From Chrysomallon squamiferum (Eukaryota; Animalia; Mollusca): a stretch of 64,000 bases of DNA. Both the position numbers and the translations under genes were made by a program. The notes beneath the pieces are model-generated. The model made no database searches. It worked only from the letters and a program-made list of their open reading frames with translations, and was not told the origin of the DNA. Location of the stretch: contig CM022677.1 in NCBI GenBank assembly GCA_012295275.1, positions 1,984,001 through 2,048,000 of the forward strand, written 5' to 3'. Below are positions 53,058 through 63,239 of the stretch, piece after piece. Each line of letters starts with the position of its first letter. Position 1 is the first letter of the stretch.

Positions 53058-53309
53058 GATCTCGTTCAAAACGCGTGTGACTACTTATACACCAATAGCT
53101 ACACCTCTGCAGATAGCCTTTCTGAATTTACTTTGAAGCTTTTAATACCAATTTCGACTTCCTTAAACCCCAGTGTTTCGAGTTTATTAAATAACGGAAC
53201 TTCCCCAAATTATATAAAACAGCTTCTTAATAGACCATGTACATCTGTGTACGCTCTGCTATTTAGTTTTTTTTATATATACCACCATTTTCTGTCATTA
53301 ATTACGTAA
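53058..53309 (+). pseudogene. 3' part of a plus-strand terminal coding exon disrupted by the LINE (5' part 45329-45361)
   Basis: Removing the LINE and one TSD gives a polypyrimidine acceptor (TTTTCCTTTGTCTTGTGCAG, ending 45328) followed by 94 open codons that end in a hydrophobic tail. Confidence 0.5.
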
Positions 53310-55114
53310 AGAGTTAAGGACTGTAAAAATATAAATTATAAACATAGTTATACCAGATAACTAAATAAATATTATCGTAATATAATAAGATATTTAAGAT
53401 AAAATGTAGCAGACATTCTGCTTTAAGGGGCATATAAAAATAAAGATTTAGTGAATATTCTATAATTCACTTCAAAGAAAACAAAATTACAATTAAAAGC
53501 AAATCTGCCAAAGAGGCACTAATGAGGTTGTCACACCGTACTGAGCTGAATAGCAGTGAAAGTTATTTTTATTTTAGTTTTTTTAAAAATATAGTTACAT
53601 AGAAAATACAAACTTTACTGATGAAATACGACACAAAATGAAAACTGGTTTGCTTTATGACTGCAGATGAATGAAACTGGCTGATGGTATAACTCGGGTA
53701 ATTTTATAATGCGTATTAATTAGAGTATGTTTAAATACTGCTGTTCACAAATGTGTTATGATGGTTCTCTGTGGAGTGTTATAAAGAGACGACTGTCACG
53801 TGGTCACACCTTTAAACACCTTGGATGTTTTATTAAGGCTCAGTGTACGGTAACAAGGTGCTTTAATGGCCACCTAACAAGGAATATAAACGCTAAAATG
53901 ACAGCAAACTATATAAATCAATAACTCTACCTATCCACTATACAAGTTAAGGTTTACATTAATTATTTAATTATGTGACTTGATAATAATACATTATGAA
54001 ACATACGTTTAAATCATTTTGATTAATGATACGAGTAAGGTTATAAAGGGAACCAAGACAAAATAAGAATCTGCAAGGAGGAGAGATTAAAACCTTAAAC
54101 CTTAATAAATGTTATTGACACAGGTTAATTGCACATTACACCCTATAAAAATAAGAATAGACAATTGCTTACCATACTTGTCCGTAAAGAAAATGTCATT
54201 CGAAAACATTTGGTTTCCCCGCCTGACTGAATTCTCGTCTTCACCGTTTCCTTCGCTTACTTCTCTCCTTAATCACTAAAAGCCAGCCTTTTTTAATAAC
54301 AACGCCATGGAGTTGAAAAATTTGCGGAAACAATAAAAAGAGCGATGTGATTGTAGTAATAATTAAAGTAAAGCAATTTCAATTCCATAGCTTAAAATAA
54401 AAGAGCGGATGTGATTTGAAGTAACAATTGAAGTTACTCAATCTGAATTCCGTGACACTATATCAACATTATGACAGAAATTTGGTAGTAAATAACTAAC
54501 TGTTAGTATATACAGTTACTAATAAGACTGCAAACAGAGTGGGAAAAAACAGCCAGATACTGTTTCGTTTAATTTTGACAATTGTTTTCTTTCTTTTTTT
54601 AAACTACGCAGGATTTGATGACATTCTACACAGACATGCCAGCACATAAATAATTTTTATTATTAATAACTATCTACTTTCTCTCTTCAAGGAAATACAT
54701 TTTAATAATATCTTCCTGTAAAACGATGTCATTCCAGACTTTTTGTTTTTTTCATTTTTTCCTTATTATTATTTATTATCTTTGTTGTTGTTTGTTTGTT
54801 CGATTTAACTCGTTTCGATAATCCATTTGGTGTCCACAAGTTGTTACAAAATATTGATAAAGTCACGAAAGAAAAAAAAAGGAATCTCAAATCTGCGACG
54901 AGGGCATTTTACATAACCAATAAACTAATGTTTACAAATCGTATGTAATTTTTACAGACATACAGTGAACTACCTAAATGGAGAAGTTCTGGTATCATGA
55001 CAACATCATGTGTATATCGTCTGCTGGGCTGCGAGAGAATTACAACTTTTGTGTTTTCCAGATCTGGTATCAAATGAAGTGGTATCACTTCTCCCCATCT
55101 TAATATGTGCCAAA

Positions 55115-55149
<35 letters not shown>

Positions 55150-55471
55150 ATATAACAAAATGAATACAAGAAAATGAAATTTAAAAGAAAAAATTGTATG
55201 ACTATACTTTACAAGAGTATTTATAAATAATGTCAGTTTTGGGATAAAATATATAGAAACATTTCTGTATAATATATTAGCAATAGGATTGCAAATAAAT
55301 ATATAATTTTTATGTACTGTACGTTTCGAAAAAGGCATATTGTGTGTCCTCAGTCTTTTGTGATATTTTGCATTAATTGAAAACAGAAATTGGTGTATCA
55401 GTAACTATATTTTTATACGATAATGTTTTCCGGCTGTGAGTATTATTAGTCTATGCTAATTTAAAAAAGAA
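53253..55471 (+). repeat. Local duplication copy 2 (parent copy), direct repeat of 42972-45205
   Basis: Colinear with copy 1. It retains the intact exon 2 and is continuous with exon 1 of the LigB-like gene. Confidence 0.96.
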
Positions 55472-55957
55472 GTGTTTATGCTAATTTTTACATGCATGCT
55501 ATTTCTCACCTCAATGGAAATGCTTCATCGCTTTTACCGGGGGACCATAACCGCTTAATCCCGGAATATTCCGAGCAGAGCCAAATTTATTTACGATGTC
55601 TTCCGAAATTTGGCTAGAAAGATTAGCGGTTACTTTATAACAACAAGGAGGACAGTTGCAATTATTAGTATCTGCAAAGCCTTCTCCTGTGGGATTTAAG
55701 TAGAACACAAAGTTATTTAAGTCAGAAATACCATGGGGCGTGCTCAGAAAAAGTATATCGGGCGATAAAGAAAGAATCGTCTGACCGACTGATTTGCAGG
55801 CTTCGTGAATTTTCCACGCTACTTGTTTTGCTGTGTGGTTGGTTGTATTGAAATGTTTCGGATCCAGAGCAATTCCGCCGTGCGGCAGAACGAACCCGGC
55901 CAGTAGTTTGGAGAAAGATAAATCAAGTAACGTGAAAAACACAATGACAAAAAACAT
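54964..55957 (-). pseudogene. Secreted extradiol ring-cleavage dioxygenase class III subunit B (LigB)/Memo-fold protein; two exons (55957-55510, 55098-~54964), 1-nt frameshift, C-terminal exon(s) not found
   Basis: Signal-peptide-like MFFVIVFFTLLDLSFS. Motifs FVLPHGG, DILFLSTPHG, PLRWGEVIPL and KVVILSQPSRR. Donor AG|GTGAGA at 55509 and acceptor TAAG at 55099 join in frame only if one C is added to the C5 run near 55540. Confidence 0.75.
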
Positions 55958-56376
55958 CTCGACTTTCTATTTCGTTCTTAAATCATATGACTCTAGAGTC
56001 ACCTGCCCTTCTGTGTTTTTCCTTAAAGAGCAACAATACATCTGAAGGAAATAGTAATTCATTTGTATAATGATAATCGATAGGAATTAAAAATCTATAT
56101 TATCGCCTTGTTAATTTATAAGAGTTGGTTTTCTGAATTGTCCCAACAGGTACATGAAACGTTATTGTTTTTGTTTTTTGTTCTTTTTATTTTTTGTCAT
56201 TGATGTTGTTTTGTTTTTTTTGGGAAAGGGCGTGTCATGAAACGTTATCCGATGCATGACTTAGTTTGTATGAATATATTGTTTTAGAAAAACGTTCCTT
56301 AAAACAGATATATAGAAAACTACATGGTTGCTTTGGAGTAACATCAAAGTTTATTATTACCATCATCATTATTATG

Positions 56377-56432
<56 letters not shown>

Positions 56433-56541
56433 CATTATTAAAAGTTGATTTGTAAGTGAGAAAGTCTGAGGTAATAATGGCGTATTACTTTAGCTCCTTT
56501 TCAGCGGCCGCGCCTCACATTTTTCTTTCGTAATTCAGCAT

Positions 56542-56704
56542 CATCGAAGCTGTAATAACATATTGTAGATAACGCTGCATCCAAAAGACTGTGTTACCTG
56601 TAAGTGTGATAGGCCTGCATCAAAGCTGTAATAACATGTTGTAGATAACGCTGCATCCGAAACACTGTGTTACCTGTAAGTGTGATAGGCCTGCATCAAA
56701 GCTG
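56542..56704. repeat. 76-bp tandem repeat, 2 copies plus a partial third
   Basis: CATC(G/A)AAGCTG recurs at 56542, 56618 and 56694. Confidence 0.9.
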
Positions 56705-58160
56705 AACAGGCCTACACGCCTAAATCTCAGGTTCGCGTTGTACTGTGTAAATTAGTTTTGCGTTTCTGTTATTGGTTCATTATCGAAAAGCTTTAATCCA
56801 CATAGATCGTCATCAGCAGAGAGTACGTTAAACATGAAAGAAGTTGGTAAGCTAAGTAGTTACACGTTTAAAACTGTACGCACCATTAGACACGTCTTCA
56901 TTACGCTGCTAAAACATGTTTGAAACTTATACAGACTGTAACACAGTGTTTTGAGCACTTTCCCACTAAATGGATTAATGACCTCTATGTAGGAATGAAA
57001 TACATTGTATTGTATGTAGGTGCGCGTGCGCGTGTAGGTGTATTTTTATTGCAATGTTTTATATAAATTAAAAAATATTTACTCTGCACCACATCGATCA
57101 ATGTTTATTATATTTTTGCAAGGAAGCAATTTGTCTTTTGTTTCTAAATGATCTACTCACTCATCTAATTTGCCCTTGCACAATATCACACACAATGTAA
57201 TAATTATTTAATATGTAGCTTTTCACATATAACATTATTGTCCTCTACAAACAGTCATTGTGTCATATTCACAGCTCCTGGTAACCAGTAGGAATCAGAG
57301 GAAGTCAACAGAGGTGCTGAAAGTAGACTAGTCTGGTTAGTGACAGAAATATAACTTCATTTGTTAGTCAGAATGAATTGAGTAGAATAGAATGTGGATT
57401 TAACGGCAAAGAAAGGCTATCGACTCCAGGGATTTAAAAACGTGAATTTCCAGAGATTCGTTATTATATACAACATTTACTTGTTATCAAGTGTAATTCT
57501 ATCACAATAGTCACTATTCACTATTAAACAGCATTTTCGTATAATAAATAAAATATAATGATTAATTTGTTTTGTACTGAAAAGTGAAAGGAGATATTCC
57601 TGGAGGAGAACAACTAATATCTAGGAGTAACTAAACTGAGTATTGGTTTTATTTCATTCAACAGCTATGACACATTAGTTAGAAATAGCGTGGGTTGAAC
57701 AATAAAATATGTGAATATTTAAATTTTGACACATGCTAAAGAAACAACATTGTACGTCAAGCGCCCACATCAGGTATCAGAGAGCAAGTTTTCAAAACGT
57801 AATATTTTAAAACAACTCAGAGCCTAAGACTCTGCTTGTGTGTTAGACCGGGCATCTGCAGACTTGTCTTACAAACTCCAACTTTTATCTCAAAATAAAA
57901 CTGTGTAGTGGAGCCATCTCCCCGACTCGGTATATCCTTCATGAAATACTGAACTATTAATAAAACATAAATTTCGTTTCTCAACAAACGGAATCGAGTT
58001 GTTTCTCTAGATGGAAAGCTCTCTTCTGGTGAATTGTGACAAATATTTAAAATTTCCTGGGTTACTGCACCAATTTGTTTCTAACTTTTTCAGGCTGCAT
58101 AACTGCTGATGGCGTCTCTTGCAAACATTCCAATTTGTTTTCTTCATTTATTGTTACAGT

Positions 58161-58917
58161 CTTATAATGTGTAACCTAGCTATATTATAATCTGTAATCT
58201 GTAACCTAGCTATCTTATAATCTGTAACCTAGCTATCTTATAATCTGTAATCTGTAACCTAGCTATCTTATAATGTGTAACCTAGCTATCTTATAATCTG
58301 TAACCTAGCTATTTTATAATCTGTAATGTGTAACCTAGCTATTTTATAATGTGTAATCTGTAACCTAGCTACCTTATAATGTGTAACCTGGCTATCTTAT
58401 AATCTGTAACCTAGCTATCTTATAATCTGTAATCTGTAACCTAGCTATCTTATAATCTGTAACCTAGCTATCTTATAATCTGTAATCTGTAACCTAGCTA
58501 TCTTATAATGTGTAACCTAGCTATCTTATAATGTGTAACCTAGCTATTTTATAATCTGTAATGTGTAACCTAGCTATTTTATAATGTGTAATCTGTAACC
58601 TAGCTACCTTATAATGTGTAACCTGGCTATCTTATAATCTGTAACCTAGCTATCTTATAATCTGTAATCTGTAACCTAGCTATCTTATAATCTGTAACCT
58701 AGCTATCTTATAATCTGTAATCTGTAACCTAGCTATCTTATAATGTGTAACCTAGCTATCTTATAATGTGTAACCTAGCTATTTTATAATCTGTAATGTG
58801 TAACCTAGCTATTTTATAATGTGTAATCTGTAACCTAGCTACCTTATAATGTGTAACCTGGCTATCTTATAATCTGTAACCTAGCTATCTTATAATCTGT
58901 AATCTGTAACCTAGCTA
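58161..58917. repeat. Minisatellite of 23/30-bp monomers (TAACCTAGCTATCTTATAATCTG) with a 235-bp higher-order period
   Basis: The diagnostic variant AACCTGGC has CTGG at 58388, 58623 and 58858, spaced 235 bp apart. Confidence 0.95.
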
Positions 58918-58962
58918 CTGATTAAAGGAAAGGCTGCTCGTTATGTACACTGTTAATGAAAG

Positions 58963-59004
<42 letters not shown>

Positions 59005-59151
59005 AAAAAGAAATCGATAGTCGTATAAAGTGGTGTTTCAAAGCTAGGATGGCTTAGCACGCACTCGGCTCGACGGGAAATACCTTCGGGTTTGATCAGT
59101 CCGGAGTTGTTGTTATTGTTATTGTTATTGTTATTATTATTGTTGTTGTTA

Positions 59152-59192
<41 letters not shown>

Positions 59193-59260
59193 TTTATTTT
59201 TTTTATTTATACATTCATTTATTTATTTACTTATTTAATTTATTTATTTCTTTATTATTA

Positions 59261-59298
<38 letters not shown>

Positions 59299-59502
59299 TT
59301 TGTTTAATTTTATTTATTTTATTTTGTTTTATTATTTTATTTTTTACTATTTCTTTTTCTCATGTTTTTCTTTTATTTTTTATTTATTTTATTTTATTTA
59401 TTTATTTATTTGTTTGTTTATTTATTCTTCTTTTTTCTTTCTTTATGTGTTTTTTTCTTTGTGTGTGTGTGTGTGTGTGTTTGTGTGTGTGTTTTTTTTT
59501 TT

Positions 59503-59541
<39 letters not shown>

Positions 59542-59556
59542 CTGCGCACTGCTTAA

Positions 59557-59991
59557 GGTGAAATTGTCATCGGTAGCGAGTACCGGGACCCAGTTTTCAA
59601 ACATTCATCTCAGCGCTGCCATGGGAACCGTTGTTTATGTTTGTGCGACCGTGTCTGCGTGCGTGCGTGCGTGCGTGCGTAAATATGTATGTATGTATTG
59701 TATCGAGTGTGTGTGTGTGTGTGTGTGTGTGCGTGCGTGCATGCGTGCGTCGGTTTGAAAAAGGTGTCTTCCAATGTAAAACTGAATTGGCACATCACGA
59801 CGGCGCGATTATTAATGCATTTCAATTTCAAAGTTTGCTTTTTATTTATTTATTTTCTTTTTTTTTTTAGTCATTTACAAAATAAGTAAGTAAATAAATA
59901 AATAAACAAACAAACAAACAAACAAACAAACAAACAAACAAAAGCTATTAATAATAATAATAAGGATGAGAATAATAATAATAATAATAAC

Positions 59992-60029
<38 letters not shown>

Positions 60030-60217
60030 TAATAATAATAATGATGATGATAATGATAATAAAAACAACAGCAGCAACAATAATAATAACAACAACAACA
60101 ACAACAATAATAACTGACAGTGGACGGATGAAACCCGGCGGCTCTTTTCCTTTTCTCTCGTCATATTTTTATTTATTTTTTTTTTTTTTTTTTCAAATTA
60201 TTTTTTTTCTTAATATT

Positions 60218-60249
<32 letters not shown>

Positions 60250-60836
60250 TATTTAGTTATTTTATTTATTTAGTTATTTTTTTCGTTTATTTATTTAGTT
60301 TTTTTTTTTTTTTCTGCCGTCTTTAAGGCGATATTGACATCGGTAGTGAGTTCGGAGACCCACTTTTCAAAATATTGTTATACTTTATTACTAGGAAAGG
60401 CTGGTACCAGTGAACCTGGAAGGTATAAATTACACTGGGTCCATTATAGAGCATCACCTATATTTTTATTAAGTTCAACTTTTATAAGTAAAAATCTTTT
60501 TCTTTGAGCTGAATTCTAACATTGCTTATTTACAGAATTTTCATCATTTATCCCAAATAGTGACTAATGAACTTAAAATAATAATAATAATAATAATAAT
60601 TAAAACAACAACAACAACAGTAATAATAATAGGCTGTGGACGGATGAAGCCCGACGGCTTTTTTCTCTTTCTCTCGTCCGCCGAGTGGAGTGCGGTCGAC
60701 CCGACCCGACCTGACCCGACCCGACCCTACCCGAGTGTAGCCGAACGGAGCTGAGCTAAGATCGGTTCCCATGGCAACGGTGAGATGAACGTTAGAAAAC
60801 TGGGTCTCGGTACTCGCTGCCGATGTCAATTTCTCC
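59557..60836. mobile_element. Non-autonomous TIR element with TTAA flanks and GG...CC termini (Kolobok-like MITE), ~1.28 kb
   Basis: TTAA|GGTGAAATTGTCATCGGTAGCGAGTACCGGGACCCAGTTTTC...GCCATGGGAAC at 59553 has an inverted ~70-bp counterpart ending CAATTTCTCC|TTAA at 60840. A third TIR-like copy lies at 60323. Confidence 0.65.
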
Positions 60837-61055
60837 TTAAACACTGCACAAAAATTAAGAATAAAAAAAAAAAAAAAAAAAAAAAAAAATTATTGACAGT
60901 GACACAATTTACAGTCCATCACCACGAAAGATGAAATGCTGTTCACAACAACAACAACAACAGCAGCAGCAGCAGCACCACCACCGACAACAACAGCAAT
61001 AATGCTAATTTCGTGCAAAATGACTAGTGAAACCTTTCTATTATTATCATTACCG

Positions 61056-61088
<33 letters not shown>

Positions 61089-61095
61089 GTTATTA

Positions 61096-61163
<68 letters not shown>

Positions 61164-61409
61164 GTATAGTACAGTACCGTAGATGCACAGACACACACAC
61201 ACACGCATGGCGCTTTCTTTCTTTCTTTCCTTGAGTAGAAGAAGAACAAGAAGATCGAATACTGCCAGCGCTTTATGTTTTTTTCTTTCTTTCTTTTTTT
61301 TCCTCATGTTTTTATCTTATTATTATTATTTTTTTTTTTTTTTTGTGTATCATGTTTTTATTTTAAGTTTTACATATTTTATTTTATTTATTATTTTTTT
61401 TCATTTATG

Positions 61410-61468
<59 letters not shown>

Positions 61469-61534
61469 TATTGCCATCGTCATCGTTATTTAAGAACAAG
61501 AAAGATAAATAGACCTCGGTTCGTTAAAGCGATC

Positions 61535-61653
61535 GTCTACGGCCACACCACGTTGAAAACACCGGTTCTCGTCCGATCACCGAAGTCAAGCAACGCAGGA
61601 CTCGGACAGTACTTGGATGGGTGACCGCCTGGGAACACCGAGTGCCGTAGACA
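61535..61653 (+). rRNA. 5S rRNA: 5S ribosomal RNA gene
   Basis: 119 nt, GTCTACGGCCACACCACGTTGAAAACACCGGTTCTCGTCCGATCACCGAAGTCAAGC...AGTACTTGGATGGGTGACCGCCTGGGAACACCGAGTGCCGTAGACA. Helix I GTCTACGGC/GCCGTAGAC is perfect. The internal control region is present and T-runs follow downstream. Confidence 0.97.
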
Positions 61654-61686
61654 CGCCTGTTTCTTTTCTTTTCTTTTCTTTTCTTT

Positions 61687-61722
<36 letters not shown>

Positions 61723-62051
61723 ACTTTCTTTCTTTCTTTCTTACTTTCTTCGTTTCTTTGTGTCTTTCTTTCTTATTTTAAGTGCAACAGCAAGAGCCAA
61801 TTGACATCGGTAGCGAGTGTGTGCGTGGTCGCAGGTTTTGGAGTGACCGTGTTGTGTATGTCTGATTGTGTGTGTACGTATGTTTGTTATTAAAGAACGC
61901 GCCTGGGTGTGTGCGTGTGCGTGTCTGTTCTTGTGCGTGTGTGCGCGTGCCGGTTCTAAAAAGGTATCTTCCAACGCAAAATTGAATTGCGAGATCACGA
62001 CGGCGCGATAATTAATGTATTTTCATTTCGATTTTATTATCATCATCATCA

Positions 62052-62101
<50 letters not shown>

Positions 62102-62825
62102 GCCATCGTTATCGTTGTACTTATTCAGCGCACGCAATAAGAAGAACGAAGATAAATAGACGTCGGTTCATCGTTCTTTTTTCTTGTTTTCTTTCTTTCT
62201 TGTTCTTTCAAATTTTCAGGCACTAATGGACAATTCGGCAGTTGCCTCATCTATTGACGAATAACCTACCCATTTACAATTGACCACGTTCTCTTCGAAC
62301 ATTAAAAATGATTAAATTCTGTCTTAATTGAAAATAACGACGATTACGATTTAATTTATAAAATGATCAGACACGTTGTTGTTGTTGTTGTTGTTGTTGC
62401 AGTTAGTCCGAAAACATCTTTACGAATGGAAGATCGAGCCCACTCCACAGACGACAGTGTGCCTAGTGTGCGTCGGTGCCGTGGACTCGGTCTTGCATGC
62501 GTTTTTTTCTTCACTGCAGCAAAACTAACTCATTTATTAAACGTATTGAACCCTGTTGAAAAAAAGCAAATAAACCAAAAGAAGAAAAAAAACACAACAA
62601 TTTTTTTGGCGGCACCAAGTTCAAACTAAATCCGTATAGAATGATTTTTGGAATTAAGCACACAAACGTGGCGGCAACTTTGCATCGAATTTAGAGATTA
62701 TTTTTCTCTGGTAATTTCGAAGACTACACGAAACGAGAATTATTAGAGGGAGATAAGCCGTGTAAGGAAATGAAGGCGGTGACAGTGGACGGATGAAACC
62801 CGATGTGTTTTTACCTTTTCTCTCG

Positions 62826-62872
<47 letters not shown>

Positions 62873-62935
62873 ATTTAAATTATTTTTTTCTTAATATTTA
62901 TTTCTTTATTTCTTTATTTTTTTTTCATTTTTTCT

Positions 62936-62966
<31 letters not shown>

Positions 62967-63215
62967 CGAGTGACCGTGTTGTGTATGTCTGATTATGTGT
63001 GTACGTATGTTATTTCAGTTGGCGCCTGCGTGTGTGTGTGTTTGTGTGTGTGTGCGTGCGTGTCTGTGTGTGTGTGTCTGTGTCTGTGTGTGTGTCTGTG
63101 TGTGTGTCTGTGTGCGTGCGTGCGTGCGTGCGGTTTGAAAACGATATCTTCCAACGTAAAATTGAATTGCGAGATCACGACGGCGCGATGGTGAATGTAT
63201 TTTCATTTCGATTTT
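61654..63215 (+). repeat. 5S-associated spacer-like repeat modules (further copies at ~59570-59830 and ~60115-60165)
   Basis: TCTTCCAACG(T/C)AAAATTGAATTGCGAGATCACGACGGCGCGAT at ~61967, ~63147 and (variant) ~59767. GAGTGACCGTGTTGTGTATGTCTGAT at 61841 and 62968. TGACAGTGGACGGATGAAACCCG at 60115 and 62780. Confidence 0.8.
62426..62508 (+). ncRNA. Candidate small hairpin RNA followed by a T7 (Pol III terminator-like) run
   Basis: AAGATCGAG-C-CCAC pairs with GTGG-A-CTCGGTCTT, with an inner GACG/CGTC stem. TTTTTTT at 62502-62508. No family recognised. Confidence 0.3.
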
Positions 63216-63239
63216 GTTGTTGTTGTTGTTATTACCTTA

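Noticed and set aside
42972-55471. 2.2-kb direct repeats read as LTRs of the retroelement
   Set aside because: The element is a non-LTR (APE-RT) type with its own TSD inside the repeats. The repeats lack TG...CA ends and contain host exon sequence.
60635-60680. GGACGGATGAAGCCCGACGGCT...CGTCC hairpin as a hammerhead ribozyme
   Set aside because: It lacks the CUGAUGA and GAAA core. The CTGATGA hits noticed elsewhere also lack the required stems.
59300-61493. Poly-I/L/N/T/F ORFs
   Set aside because: Simple tri- and tetranucleotide microsatellites.
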